NCBI GenBank assembly: GCA_963976765.1
Contig: CAXBME010000023.1
Span: 62,001 to 126,000 of the forward strand
Direction of reading: 5' to 3'
Source: an uncultured Planctomycetaceae bacterium
GTDB taxonomy: Bacteria; Planctomycetota; Planctomycetia; Planctomycetales; Planctomycetaceae
DNA: 64,000 nt
The number at the start of each line of letters is the position of its first letter. Positions within the stretch are counted from its first letter, which is position 1. Positions 30,504 through 41,715 of this stretch are shown here, piece by piece. Made by a program: the position numbers and the translations under genes. The notes below the pieces were generated by a model, which was not told the DNA's origin, ran no database searches, and saw only the letters and a program-made list of their open reading frames with translations.

Positions 30504-33398
30504 ATGACGCATTTTCTCGAGAAGAAGGATCCCTGGGGGAACGGAATGGGCCTCTGGGTGCTCGTTCTGCTTGCCTGTGCCTTGCCGCCTGCATTGTGGG
30601 CCTTGTCAGGGATCGACCTCGACAATGACATCCGTAAATGGATTCCTGCCGACGATCCAAACGCGCAGACCCTGACGTGGTATCAGGAAAACTTCCCCCA
30701 CAACGAAAGCATCATCGTCACGTGGGATGGCAGTACGCTGAACGACCCTCGCACTCAGTGGCTGGCCGATCGTCTGGCCGGAGTTCAGGACGCGGAAGGT
30801 GTTCGGCACGGCGGCTTGCAACACGTTGAGCGTGTCGTGACTCCGCAGGATTTGCTCCGACGAATCGAAAGCGATGGAGTATCGCACGAGGAAGCTCTGC
30901 AAAGGCTGCAGGGGACACTTGTTGGTGCCGGTCCGCTGAAGATCCGTCTGACGGAGCTTGGGGCTCGGCGGCAGAAGTCAACGATGAAGTTGTTGCAGGA
31001 TCGGGTGCGATCGGAACTTGGAATTGAGCTGGAAGTATTCGGACCGGTAACAGACTGGATTCCTGAGAAGTCGATTGATGAGTATCTGCTCGCGAAAGCG
31101 ATTGTTGAGGTTGACGAAGAACCGGCGCCGTTTGATGACCTGCCGCCACATCATGCGCAGGTTCGGTGGTCTGGAATGCAGGCTCGATCTGACACTGCTG
31201 AGCGAGTGATCGAACTTGCGAATTCCATCTCCGTTGATGGTGGTGCTGCAGAAGTTGATGGTGACGGTTCTCCAGAAGCGGAAGTCGCCGCCGACAGCAG
31301 CCAGCTCGTTGCAGACGCGTTTTTCGCGCCAGGTTCGCCCATCACGGTTGCCGTTGTCCTCAGCCAGGCGGGTGAGGAAGACAAGAAGGGAGCAATTGCG
31401 GAACTCCGCAGAATCGCGACTGAAGTCGGTATTCCTGAAGAGGGACTGCATCTCGGTGGTCGTCCGGTTGCCGGACGCGCGTTGAACGACTCGGTGAAAC
31501 GAGCCGCCTGGAATCGCGACTTTCCAATAATCAACCTGCCTGGTCGGTCGATCATTCTCTTCTCTGGAGCGGTGGGCATCGTTCTTGCGTTCGTGATGCT
31601 TCGCAGCGCGGCGCTGGCGACCCTGGTCCTGTTTATCTCGTACTACACCGTGCTGCTGACTGTGGCGGTCGTCCCGGCGACGGGCGGCAGCATGAACATG
31701 GTGCTGGTCGTGATGCCCACATTGTTGCTTGTCCTGACGATGTCCGGAGCAATTCACGTTGCGAGTTACTGGCGATTTGCTGCGAAGTCTGATGTCAGGA
31801 CGGCGCCGGTGATGGCTACGAAACTGGCGACCCGGCCTTGCGCGCTGGCAAGTCTGACGACAGCGTTCGGGTTGCTCTCTCTGGCGACGAGTCCTTTGGC
31901 TCCTGTGGCCCACTTCGGTCTTTATTCGGCGCTGGGATGTTTCGTTGGTCTGGGGGCAATTCTTTACGGCTTGCCCGCACTGTTGCAGTTTGTGCCTGAA
32001 AAGTCGGCGAGACCTGCGAGGCAGATGCCCGATGTCTGGCGACCGATTGGACAGTTCATTGTCCGACATGCCCGAATCGTCGGCGCTGCCTGTCTGGTTC
32101 TGTTTGCGGTCTGCTCTGCGGGACTGACGCAGTTCGGGACCGAAACCAAAGTGATTCGATTCTTTCCAGAGACGGCTCAGGTCGTGAAAGATTATCGATT
32201 CATCGAAGAAAACACTGGCGGAGTAATTCCCGTCGATGTTGTCGTTCGGTTTGCTGAAACTCACCGCGCTCCGGCGGAAGACGGATTGTTGTTCGGTCAA
32301 CGGCAGGAGATCGTTCGACGGATTTCACAAAAGCTGGTGGAGCGGCACGATGACATTTCGGGGGCGATTTCTTTGGCGACGTTCCGCAAGACGTTGACCG
32401 AGGATGAACTGAAGCGGAAGGCGAGCAATCCATTCCTCAGAAAGATTGACACTCAGACCGAGCTGAAGGTCATGGAAAGTTCTGCCGCTCGCAGTTTCAT
32501 CACCATGGCTGAAGAAGATCGCGAGTCAGGTGACGGAGTTTTGTGCGAAGCTGGCGACGAACTGTGGCGCATCACCGCTCAGGTCAACATCATGACTGAC
32601 GTTGATTATTCCGTTCTGCTTGATGACATCGCCACGATCGTTCAGGAAGAGACCAGCAATTACAGCGGTGCGAACCATGTGGTTACCGGAATGGTGCCCC
32701 TGTTCCTTGAAACTCAGCGCGCTGTTCTGAGCAGTTTGATTCAGAGTTTTCTGATCGCGTTTGTCGTGATCGGGATTGTGATTTCGCTGGTCCTCAAGAG
32801 TGCCAAAGCTGGCCTGGTCACCATGCTGCCGAACGTTCTGCCGATCAGCACTGTCTTTGGTGCGATTTCATGGTTCCATATCAAAGTGGATATCGGCACG
32901 ATGATCACAGCATCAGTTGCGCTGGGAATTGCCGTCGACGGGACGTTGCACCTGCTGACGTGGTTCCGTGACGGCCTGCGTCGAGGCTTTGATCGGCAGG
33001 AGGCGGTGACGTTGGCTTTGAGTCACTGCGGCCCGGCTTTGTTCCAGACAAGTGTTGTTGTCGGGATTGGTCTCGCAGTGTTGATGCCGGCTGAGCTGAC
33101 ATTGATCAGCCGTTTCGGATGGCTGATGGCGGCGATGATTTTCACAGCACTGTTTGCTGACCTGGTGCTGCTGCCGGCTATGCTGGCTGGCTGGCTGGGT
33201 AAAGTCATCGAGGAAACAGATCGCAGTTTGGCCGACACTTCAGACGCGGACGCTGCTTCTCAGAAAGTGTCGGTCCCGGTGACTGAATCGGGTGGTGAGG
33301 GGGGGGCATTGATTCCCAAAGCTGCTCCACCGACCCCGCACGTGCTCAAATCAGAAACGCAGCGGGAGTCGAGTTCGGGCGAGGCGGCTGTGGATTGA
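30504..33398 (+). CDS. MMPL/RND family transporter
   Basis: Two TM bundles separated by large loops; LASLTTAFGLLSL, VTGMVPL, SVALGIAVDGTLH. Confidence 0.9.
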   Translation: MTHFLEKKDPWGNGMGLWVLVLLACALPPALWALSGIDLDNDIRKWIPADDPNAQTLTWYQENFPHNESIIVTWDGSTLNDPRTQWLADRLAGVQDAEGVRHGGLQHVERVVTPQDLLRRIESDGVSHEEALQRLQGTLVGAGPLKIRLTELGARRQKSTMKLLQDRVRSELGIELEVFGPVTDWIPEKSIDEYLLAKAIVEVDEEPAPFDDLPPHHAQVRWSGMQARSDTAERVIELANSISVDGGAAEVDGDGSPEAEVAADSSQLVADAFFAPGSPITVAVVLSQAGEEDKKGAIAELRRIATEVGIPEEGLHLGGRPVAGRALNDSVKRAAWNRDFPIINLPGRSIILFSGAVGIVLAFVMLRSAALATLVLFISYYTVLLTVAVVPATGGSMNMVLVVMPTLLLVLTMSGAIHVASYWRFAAKSDVRTAPVMATKLATRPCALASLTTAFGLLSLATSPLAPVAHFGLYSALGCFVGLGAILYGLPALLQFVPEKSARPARQMPDVWRPIGQFIVRHARIVGAACLVLFAVCSAGLTQFGTETKVIRFFPETAQVVKDYRFIEENTGGVIPVDVVVRFAETHRAPAEDGLLFGQRQEIVRRISQKLVERHDDISGAISLATFRKTLTEDELKRKASNPFLRKIDTQTELKVMESSAARSFITMAEEDRESGDGVLCEAGDELWRITAQVNIMTDVDYSVLLDDIATIVQEETSNYSGANHVVTGMVPLFLETQRAVLSSLIQSFLIAFVVIGIVISLVLKSAKAGLVTMLPNVLPISTVFGAISWFHIKVDIGTMITASVALGIAVDGTLHLLTWFRDGLRRGFDRQEAVTLALSHCGPALFQTSVVVGIGLAVLMPAELTLISRFGWLMAAMIFTALFADLVLLPAMLAGWLGKVIEETDRSLADTSDADAASQKVSVPVTESGGEGGALIPKAAPPTPHVLKSETQRESSSGEAAVD

Positions 33399-33654
33399 CG
33401 TCGTCGTCTGGTATGAGCCGGCCGTCTGGTCAGACTCAGCTGGCTGTTGCTTGCTGGATGTAGATCCTTGCACTTAACAGGGCATGGAGTAAGGGGCGGC
33501 GTCGATTTTAGAATCGAACGGCCTGAAGAGCGACATGTCCTGTTCTTTCGGACGCTCGTTCCACCTTGCTGGTGACTTTGCTTGAGTTATCCTTCTGTGA
33601 ATTCGTTTATTTATGAGTCCGTAACAGTGGCCTTCGGGCGATGATTTAGTTGAT

Positions 33655-35598
33655 ATGCCAGTTTCTTTTTCACAATGCGCTCAGACAGTGAAGCAACTGC
33701 ATGAGTTGCTCGGGCAGCTTGAGCAGCTGGCGGCCTCTTTACAGTTGGACTCTCTTGAAAAACTGGAGTGGTTCCAACTGCTTGAACAGAAGCTGTTGCC
33801 TCAATTGACTGACGACGCGTTTCTGGTGGCCGCCGTCGTGGGCGGGACAAATATCGGCAAGAGTGTACTGTTTAATCATCTGGCTGGTTCCAGAGCGAGT
33901 GCCACCAGTCCGCTGGCGTCCGGAACGAAGCATGTAACGTGTCTGACGCCGAGCGGTTTTGAAGACTCGCACGACCTCAGCAGCATTTTTCCTGGTTTCG
34001 AGTTGAGACCCTGGGCAGATTCAGAACAGGCTCTTCAGTCGTCGGAATCTGACTGGCTGTTCTGGCGGAGCAGTGATTCCTTGCCGCCGAATCTGCTGGT
34101 ACTCGACACTCCGGACATCGACAGTGACGCGCGAGTGAACTGGGAGCGTGCGGACAAGATCCGCCGCACAGCCGACGTGCTGATCGCCGTGCTGACTCAG
34201 CAGAAGTACAACGACGCGGCGGTTAAGGAGTTTTTTCGACGTGCCGCCGCTGAAGACAAGTTTGTGCTGGTCGTTTTTAATCAGGTTCATTTGCCGGACG
34301 ACGAGTCGTACTGGCCACTCTGGATGAAGACGTTCTGCGATGAGACGGGGGTTAATCCACAGTTTCTTTACCTGGCGCCACACGATCGACAGGCTGCTGA
34401 ATCGAATCGACTTGAATTCTTTGAACGCCGCTGGCCGGCTGCGCTGTCCGGTGACGAATCGATTGAGGACGCTGGTCAAAAACTAGGACGGCGGCTGCAT
34501 GAAGATCTGTCGTCATTAAAGTTTGGCGAGATCAAGTTGCAGACCCTGCAGAGCGCGCTCAATCTAATCTCGGCCTCGGACGGAATCCCTGGTTACCTCG
34601 GGCGAGTGAAACAGCGTTCGGACGAGTTTCGTTCGGCAGCCGAACTTCTTTCGACCCATAAGCTGGCAGAAATCGACAACTGGCCGATGCTCCGGAATGG
34701 GCTGATCGTCGAGAAGATTCGCTTCTGGTGGCAGGGGCAGCGTGAAGGATGGTCGGCGAAAGTTCACAGCTTTTATAACCGGATTGGTAGCGGAATTACC
34801 GCAGGGTGGAGGCTGGTCGACGAGCAGCTGCGAGGGCCTCAGACTCCACCACTGGAAGCGTATCGTGCCAGGGAATGGGAAGCGGTACTCGACGCGGTCG
34901 ACGAAGTTTACAGCCGGCTCAACTGGTTCAAGGAGCTTGGGAATCCGCTTTTGCAGCCGAGGCTTGAAGCATTGCTGGGGGCGACAACGCGGCAGGAAGT
35001 GCTCGATCAGATTCGTGCAGAACATGAAGCGGCTGATCTGGATGACCAGCTTCAGCAGTTGGTCAGATCAGAGCTTGACAGTTTCCGTGACGAAAGTCCT
35101 GAGTGGTATCGCTCGTTGCGACAGCTTGACGCCGTTGCGGCTGCTGCGCGGCCCGCAGTTTCAATTGCTTTATTTGTGACAGGCTTCGGTCCTGTGGGAA
35201 ATGCGGTTGGTCAACTTGCAACAGAGACGATGGTCACATCCGCCGTGTCAGTCGCTGGTGATGTAGCGGCCGGTGGCGTCACAGCGGCTGTTGGAGAAAC
35301 CTGGATCAGTAGCACGGCTTCGTCCGGGGCGGCTTGGCTTGAAGCGCGTTTTCGGCGGATTCATGCGCAGTTCATTTCAAAGCGAGCCGAATGGCTGGCC
35401 GACCTGCTTCAGAAACACCTGCTTGGATCACTGCCCGAAGAGCTGGCCGCCGCAGCGATGATTTCCGAGTCAGAAACGTACATGGGAATCGAGCGTCTCG
35501 TAAACGAACTTCGACAGGAACAGAGAGTGGTTGAAGCCGAGTCGTCAGTTATTGAGGAAGAGTCGGAAGAACGGTCAGCTTCACAGGAAGCGTCCTGA
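33655..35598 (+). CDS. Dynamin-like/Era-type GTPase domain protein
   Basis: GGTNIGKS (G1), T (G2), DTPDIDS (G3), VFNQ (G4); long helical C-terminus. Confidence 0.85.
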   Translation: MPVSFSQCAQTVKQLHELLGQLEQLAASLQLDSLEKLEWFQLLEQKLLPQLTDDAFLVAAVVGGTNIGKSVLFNHLAGSRASATSPLASGTKHVTCLTPSGFEDSHDLSSIFPGFELRPWADSEQALQSSESDWLFWRSSDSLPPNLLVLDTPDIDSDARVNWERADKIRRTADVLIAVLTQQKYNDAAVKEFFRRAAAEDKFVLVVFNQVHLPDDESYWPLWMKTFCDETGVNPQFLYLAPHDRQAAESNRLEFFERRWPAALSGDESIEDAGQKLGRRLHEDLSSLKFGEIKLQTLQSALNLISASDGIPGYLGRVKQRSDEFRSAAELLSTHKLAEIDNWPMLRNGLIVEKIRFWWQGQREGWSAKVHSFYNRIGSGITAGWRLVDEQLRGPQTPPLEAYRAREWEAVLDAVDEVYSRLNWFKELGNPLLQPRLEALLGATTRQEVLDQIRAEHEAADLDDQLQQLVRSELDSFRDESPEWYRSLRQLDAVAAAARPAVSIALFVTGFGPVGNAVGQLATETMVTSAVSVAGDVAAGGVTAAVGETWISSTASSGAAWLEARFRRIHAQFISKRAEWLADLLQKHLLGSLPEELAAAAMISESETYMGIERLVNELRQEQRVVEAESSVIEEESEERSASQEAS

Positions 35599-35831
35599 CG
35601 GATCATGGTGTCAGGCAGATCGGCAGTGAGTTGAGACGCAGGCTCCGAACACGAATCATGTACCCCCTTTGCAAATTTCTGCGATTTCGCGTCTTCGTAC
35701 TGAATCTATTGTTCTGATATGAGGGCGTTTTCGGGAAGTTCTTTCGGACCCATTTGCATCACAGCTTTGTGTCGGTGAGTTGTCCAGCTTGAATAATTAA
35801 AAGAGTGCTCCAGTCAGGACGCGAATGATCA

Positions 35832-37655
35832 ATGTCTGATTCAGAACTCGCACAACTCGAATTGTTTGCACAGGTTGATGAGCTGGTGCGTCGGCTTCAG
35901 CAGTGGTCAGAAGGGGAGTCGCCCTGGGCACCGTTGAATCAGTCACGGGCTCTCGTGAGGCGATTGCTGACTCGGCTTGAGTCATTAAGAGTTCGGCTTG
36001 AAGCGCCGCTGGTTGTGGCGACGTTCGGCGGAACGGGTACTGGTAAGAGTTCTCTTGTGAACGCCATCGTCGGCGTGGAATGCACGAAGTCAGGCCGAGA
36101 ACGTCCGACAACCAGAAAGCCGGTTCTGATTGCGCAGTCGGGGGCGGAGTTGCAGCCGCTCAACCTCCCGATCGACCAGTTCGAAATCGCGCGGGTTGAC
36201 ACATCCGTTCTTCGCGACATCGTCATTATCGACTGCCCGGACCCGGATACGAACGAAGCGGAAACGTCAGGAAGCAATCTCGAAATCCTGCGGCGCGTGC
36301 TGCCACATTGTGACGTGCTGCTTTACGCGTCGACGCAGCAGAAGTATCGGTCGGCGAGAGTGCTGGATGAACTCGATGTTGCTTCGGCCGGTTGTCGACT
36401 GATTTTCGTGCAGACTCATGCCGACACTGACGAAGACATTCGTGATGACTGGCGGCGAGTTCTCGGCGAGAAGTTCGAAATTCCTGACGTTTTCTATGTT
36501 GATTCCGTAGCGGCTCTAGCTGAGCAAAAGGCAGGACACCGTCCGAGCGGTGACTTCGCGAAGCTGCAGGACCTTTTAACTACGCGACTGGCCGCCGTGC
36601 AGCGTATTCAGATTCGTCGGGCAAATCTTCTGGACCTGAGTGCCGCGACGCTGGCGAAGTGTCGCGAACAGCTTGGCCGATTTGATCCAGCAATCACATC
36701 GCTGGAAGCGGCGCTGGCTGATCATCGCCAGAAGCTGACTCGCGAGATGAGTCGCGAATTGAAATCTCAACTTGGTGCTTGCAGCCATCTTTGGGAACAG
36801 AGAATCCTGACTCAGGTCACGACGCTTTGGGGGGCGAGTCCTTTTTCGACACTGTTGCGAGTTTACAGTGGTCTTGGAGCGTTAATTACGTCGGCGAGTC
36901 TGTACCGGGCTCGAAGTGGCGCTCAACTGGCTCTGATCGGAGCGATGCAGGGAACTCGCTGGCTGACGGCAAGGCAGAAGGAAAAATCGGCAGAAGGACG
37001 GTTCGAAGAACTCGCGACGTTGGGGGTCGATGACAGCCTTGTGCGTGAAGCACGACTCCTGATCGGCGGGCATCTGCTTGATTCAGGGTTCGACACATCG
37101 TTAGCAGATTCCAAACCGGGCGAAGATGCGCGTCTGGAAACAGCACGCTTTGAATCCGGTTTTCTGGAGCGGGCGAAGCGTCGCATTGACGATGCCATCG
37201 AGCGGCTGGCTAAACGAAATTCCGGATTGATCGCTCGCGTCTGGTACGAGTTTCTGCTGCTGTCTTTTGTTGCGTTTGTGTTGTACCGGGCTGGTCGCAA
37301 TTTTTTCTGGGATACCGTGATGGATCCGCTGGTCAAGGTTCTGCCGATGGACTTTTATGTTTCGGCGGGGCTCTTCTTCCTGCTCTGGTCGGTCGTTCTT
37401 GTCATAAGTTTTTCTCGCCGGCTCAAACGAGGCCTGAAGAGCGAGATCAACGCGATGGCCGATGAAATGGCCGAGCAGAAACTGACAGGCGGTTTGTTTC
37501 CAGATCTCGAAGCCGCCATTGACGGGGTTCGCCAGGATCGTCGACGGCTGGATCAGATGGACGAGACGTGCAGAAGTCTCCGAGGCGATGTAGCCACGTC
37601 GTCGGACCTGGGATCTCCTCGGCAGTTGAACGCGGAGACACTGGCTCCGACGTAG
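35832..37655 (+). CDS. Dynamin-like GTPase domain protein with C-terminal TM helices
   Basis: GGTGTGKS, RPTT, DCPD, THAD; two hydrophobic segments near the C-terminus. Confidence 0.85.
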   Translation: MSDSELAQLELFAQVDELVRRLQQWSEGESPWAPLNQSRALVRRLLTRLESLRVRLEAPLVVATFGGTGTGKSSLVNAIVGVECTKSGRERPTTRKPVLIAQSGAELQPLNLPIDQFEIARVDTSVLRDIVIIDCPDPDTNEAETSGSNLEILRRVLPHCDVLLYASTQQKYRSARVLDELDVASAGCRLIFVQTHADTDEDIRDDWRRVLGEKFEIPDVFYVDSVAALAEQKAGHRPSGDFAKLQDLLTTRLAAVQRIQIRRANLLDLSAATLAKCREQLGRFDPAITSLEAALADHRQKLTREMSRELKSQLGACSHLWEQRILTQVTTLWGASPFSTLLRVYSGLGALITSASLYRARSGAQLALIGAMQGTRWLTARQKEKSAEGRFEELATLGVDDSLVREARLLIGGHLLDSGFDTSLADSKPGEDARLETARFESGFLERAKRRIDDAIERLAKRNSGLIARVWYEFLLLSFVAFVLYRAGRNFFWDTVMDPLVKVLPMDFYVSAGLFFLLWSVVLVISFSRRLKRGLKSEINAMADEMAEQKLTGGLFPDLEAAIDGVRQDRRRLDQMDETCRSLRGDVATSSDLGSPRQLNAETLAPT

Positions 37656-37758
37656 CAGGCTGCTGATAGAACTTGCAGTCGGTCTGCGTGCTGGCAGGTT
37701 TGGAAGTCTGCACGTTACGCTGCAAAGCTCAACGTCACTGCCGACGAAGGAGCTTTAT

Positions 37759-39435
37759 ATGACTCTCATGGCTGCTTTCAGCGACTCTTTCGCTACCTCA
37801 ATCGTCACCGGTGGATTGTCGACGATGGATGCAGCAGTGCTTGCTGCCTATCTCGCCGCGATGCTGGCGATGGGTTTTCGAATCGCTCGCAAGAATGAAT
37901 CGACCGAAGATTTTTTCGTTGGTGGGCGGGACCTGCCGCCGTGGGCTGTGGGTATCAGTCTGATCGCGTCGCTTCTTTCGACCATTACCTACCTGGGAAT
38001 GCCCAGCGAGATGTTTCGAACGGGCGTTGGGTTCCTGACGCGACAACTCGGGTTACCGATTGTGTTGCTGATCACCTGGTTTCTCTGGATTCCGTTTTTC
38101 ATGCGGCTGCGACTAACCAGCGCGTACGAGTACCTGGAACGCCGATTCAACTATCCCACTCGAATCATTGCCGCGAGTTTCTGCATCTGTCTGCTGCTTG
38201 GCTGGATGGCGGTCGTTGTGCTGACGGCCAGCGGAGCGATGGTCGAGATCGCGAATCTGCAACTCGGCTGGTTCTTCAGTTCAGACTCTGTTGATGCGGA
38301 TATGCACGCAGTAATTCTCGGCATCGGGTTGTTTTCGGTTTTGTATACAACACTTGGAGGTTTGCGGGCGGTCGTCTGGACCGACGTTGTTCAGTTCTTT
38401 GTTCTGCTGATCGGCGCGTTCTTCACGATGGGAGTGATTGCCTGGAAGACGGAATCTGGACTCGGTGACTGGCTGACCTTCTCAAAGGGGTACACGTTTG
38501 AGAAAGTCGAATGGTTCAGTTGGGATGTCACGAATCGCTCGACCGTGTTTTCGATTTCGATCGGGATGCTTTTCTGGCATGCCTGCACTCATGGAGCCAA
38601 CCAGGTGGCGCTGCAGCGTTATTTTTCGGTGAAGGATGTTGGTGCAGCCCGTCGCAGTTTTCTGGTCAATGCCCTGTCTAGTATTGGGCTGGGCGTGTTG
38701 CTGGCCGGAGTCGGCCTGGCATTGATGTATTTTGTGTTGAACGATGGCTTTGTTTCGGGCGACATGCTTCAGACGCAGGAGCAGTTACAGTCTGATGATC
38801 TGGGCGAGAGAACGATGGCTCAGAAGCGAGTCTTTCCGCAGTTCATCCGGCTCTACCTGCCGTCGGGAATGAGAGGCCTTGTCATCGCTGCTCTGTTTGC
38901 AGCAGCCATGTCGACGATCGATTCAGGAGCCAATTCGATTTCGACGATCGTGACCGTTGACTTTCTGAGACGAAACCGGAGTGAAACGTCGACGGCACAG
39001 GCCGAGTTAAAAACGGCGAGGATACTCACTGCGTCGATGGGGCTTGTCATTGTCGCGGTCACGGTGTGGCTGTACCACCTGTCGAAAGAAACCAACATTA
39101 TCGACCTCTGTCAGCGCGGCTTTAACTGTTTTCTTGGCCCGCTCGGAGGTCTTTTCGTACTGGCGATGTTTTCTCGAAAAGCGACTTCGGCGACGGTCAT
39201 TCCGGCAGTTCTTGTGGGAGAGGCGGTCGGGATCTGCGGCAGCTACAGCAAAGATTTGTTTAACGTGGAATTCTCGACTCACCTGGTCGTTCCCGCGTCC
39301 TGGCTGGCGACGATTGTTATTTCGCATGTGCTTTCGCTGGTCTTTGCGACACGAGCCGACGAGTTATCGCAACGCTGGATGTGGAAGCCCGTGGTGAAGG
39401 GTGATACCGATTCGTTGATTGAACCAGTTCCTTGA
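37759..39435 (+). CDS. Sodium:solute symporter (SSS) family transporter
   Basis: DFFVGGR, SAYEYLERRF, YTTLGGLRAVVWTDVVQ, NQVALQRY, AAAMSTIDSGANS. Confidence 0.95.
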   Translation: MTLMAAFSDSFATSIVTGGLSTMDAAVLAAYLAAMLAMGFRIARKNESTEDFFVGGRDLPPWAVGISLIASLLSTITYLGMPSEMFRTGVGFLTRQLGLPIVLLITWFLWIPFFMRLRLTSAYEYLERRFNYPTRIIAASFCICLLLGWMAVVVLTASGAMVEIANLQLGWFFSSDSVDADMHAVILGIGLFSVLYTTLGGLRAVVWTDVVQFFVLLIGAFFTMGVIAWKTESGLGDWLTFSKGYTFEKVEWFSWDVTNRSTVFSISIGMLFWHACTHGANQVALQRYFSVKDVGAARRSFLVNALSSIGLGVLLAGVGLALMYFVLNDGFVSGDMLQTQEQLQSDDLGERTMAQKRVFPQFIRLYLPSGMRGLVIAALFAAAMSTIDSGANSISTIVTVDFLRRNRSETSTAQAELKTARILTASMGLVIVAVTVWLYHLSKETNIIDLCQRGFNCFLGPLGGLFVLAMFSRKATSATVIPAVLVGEAVGICGSYSKDLFNVEFSTHLVVPASWLATIVISHVLSLVFATRADELSQRWMWKPVVKGDTDSLIEPVP

Positions 39436-39787
39436 TTGACTGGTGCAGAAAGTAAATTCGGAATGAGCATGCCGTTGTCTTTGTCGCTGCGAGTTGCAGT
39501 GCAGGGCGAAGCTGCATTGGCCGTTAGATGATATCGAGGCGCTGGCTGCGGAGTCGGGTTGCTCGGCCATCTGTATGAGGGGCAGTGCGGGGGCGGACTT
39601 TGTACGACAGAGTTACGGCAGCAGGCCTGGTGGTGTCGATGATCACGGCGAATTTCAATTTGCCGATGAAGAAGACGGCTTCTATACCATCCACCAGGCA
39701 TCAGAGAAGATGCCATGCGGTATGCTGAATTCTTGCGAGCTTCAACAGATAAGTAATTTCACATTGAGTTCCGATGAAAGAATTTTC

Positions 39788-41200
39788 ATGAAACAGTCCA
39801 TGATTCTATCAACTTTGTTGTTCACTCTGACTGGTCAGTTGCAAGCAGATGATCAGTCTGAGCTAAAGACGGAAGCCGTCGCCGTAATGAGAAGAGCTGG
39901 CTCGTACTACCACGGCGAAGTTTCGTTGCATGGCGGCTATGTCTATTTCTACTCGCTTGATTTGAGACAGCGTTGGGGCGAAGGATCTGCTGGGGACAAT
40001 CAGGCGTGGGTACAGCCACCGGGAACGCCAACCGTCGGTATGGCGTTTCTTCGCGCGTGGGCGGCGACGGGTGACCGGTTCTATCTTGATGCTGCGCGTG
40101 ATGCGGCAGCGGCCCTTGCTTACGGGCAGCTTCGTGGCGGTGGCTGGACTAATTCCATTGATCTGAGCGGGCGTTCTAAGGGGTACCGGTTTTCCGGAGG
40201 GAACCGTCGACGTGACGGCAATTCATCACTTGACGATGGCCAGACTCAATCAGCGATACAGCTCGTCATCCGAGTGGATCAGGCACTTGGATTCAAAGAT
40301 GAAGTCATTCACGATTCTGCGATGTTTGCGTTGGATTCACTCCTGGCGGCTCAATTCCCGAATGGTGCTTTTCCACAAGTCTGGACAGGCCCCGTCGATG
40401 ATCAGCCGGTGATGAAATCGAGCTATCCGAGTTATGACTGGCGGACGGAAGGACGTATCAGGAATTATTGGGACATGTACACGCTCAACGACAATGTCTG
40501 TGACTACGTCGCCGATGCGTTGATCGATGCTCACAGAATCTACGGTGGGGAGCGGTACCTGCAGGCACTTCGAAAGCTCGGTGACTTTCTGATTCTCGCG
40601 CAGATGCCCGAGCCACAGCGGGGATGGGCTCAACAGTACAGTTACGAAATGAAGCCGATCTGGGCACGCAGGTTTGAGCCAGCCGCGATGGCAGGTGATG
40701 AAACCCAGGAAGTAATTGGCACACTGATGAAGATCGCAACATTCACTGGCGATGCCAAATATCTCGAACCAATTCCGGCGGCGCTGGCCTGGCTAAAACG
40801 GTCGCTGTTACCAGATGGCCAGATTGCCCGATATTACGAACTTGAGACAAACCGGCCGCTCTATATGTCGCGGCAAGGTAAGGACTACTCATTGACGTAC
40901 GACGATTCGCAACTGCCAAAGCACTACGGCTGGAAATGGCCGTCACGTATTGACGAACTCGCGACAAAACTCGCTCAGTGCAAAAGTGGATATGTTCCGG
41001 CAGCACCTGCTGCCAACGAAGCCAGCGTCCGGAAGGTCATCTCGCAACTTGATGATCAGGGGCGCTGGATTAGCACTTATGACGGTGCTCGTCTGGTGGG
41101 GCAGGCAAAGATGACCGTTGGAGCGAAGTATTTGTCGAGTGAGGTCTTCAGTAACAACCTCACGCTGCTGAGCGACTTTGTAAGTCTGCCGCGAAATTGA
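39788..41200 (+). CDS. Secreted pectate lyase-like (PL10-type) protein
   Basis: Signal peptide MKQSMILS; WVQPPGTP, SSLDDGQTQ, AQFPNGAFPQ, TLNDN, GWAQQY, WARRFEP, ARYYEL. Confidence 0.75.
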   Translation: MKQSMILSTLLFTLTGQLQADDQSELKTEAVAVMRRAGSYYHGEVSLHGGYVYFYSLDLRQRWGEGSAGDNQAWVQPPGTPTVGMAFLRAWAATGDRFYLDAARDAAAALAYGQLRGGGWTNSIDLSGRSKGYRFSGGNRRRDGNSSLDDGQTQSAIQLVIRVDQALGFKDEVIHDSAMFALDSLLAAQFPNGAFPQVWTGPVDDQPVMKSSYPSYDWRTEGRIRNYWDMYTLNDNVCDYVADALIDAHRIYGGERYLQALRKLGDFLILAQMPEPQRGWAQQYSYEMKPIWARRFEPAAMAGDETQEVIGTLMKIATFTGDAKYLEPIPAALAWLKRSLLPDGQIARYYELETNRPLYMSRQGKDYSLTYDDSQLPKHYGWKWPSRIDELATKLAQCKSGYVPAAPAANEASVRKVISQLDDQGRWISTYDGARLVGQAKMTVGAKYLSSEVFSNNLTLLSDFVSLPRN

Positions 41201-41377
41201 TTTGCCGGTAAGCCGTCTCCCTGTTCCGAACACGCTTGACGTAGTGTTTCGACAAGACTCTTCCGAGATTCAGGGCATTTCCTTGACGATTTGTTCGCAA
41301 CACCTGCGATGATACCAACTTGGAAAACCACATCGCGTTAATTCGATGGTTGTTGCTGCGGAGCGGTTAAAGAGAAC

Positions 41378-41490
41378 ATGGCGAGGCCAGGGGCGAAGTA
41401 GCTGACCGAGAGCGAACCGGAGGTAATGCAGATCTTTCGGGATCAGGGTGAGCAGGCGGCTCAGGGATTACGTGATTGACTGGAGCGGTC
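41378..41490 (+). pseudogene. Remnant of a BlaI/MecI/CopY-family repressor
   Basis: MARPGAK*LTESEPEVMQIFRDQGEQAAQGLRD*LE resembles the BlaI-type N-terminus (LTERELEVMxVFW..GE), with in-frame stops. Confidence 0.5.
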
Positions 41491-41715
41491 CAACTACAGT
41501 TTTCGGCTGGAGCCGAAGCTATGCTTATCTCGTTCATGCGGAAGTTCATTGCGGAGTTGCGGGGCAGATCGCCGTTGCTGTCGATAAGTTCCCGGCTCTA
41601 GAATTCTCTGTTGAAACCAATTCTGAGCCGGGTTCTCAATCTCTAACTGAGTGGGAATGGCGGGATTCGCTGCTCTCTCAGATTTAAGGACGGATTTTCT
41701 TTAAGGCTTCACTGG

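Noticed and set aside
39494..39787. N-terminal extension of the pectate lyase ORF
   Set aside because: The signal peptide starts at ATG 39788; the upstream part has no recognisable features.
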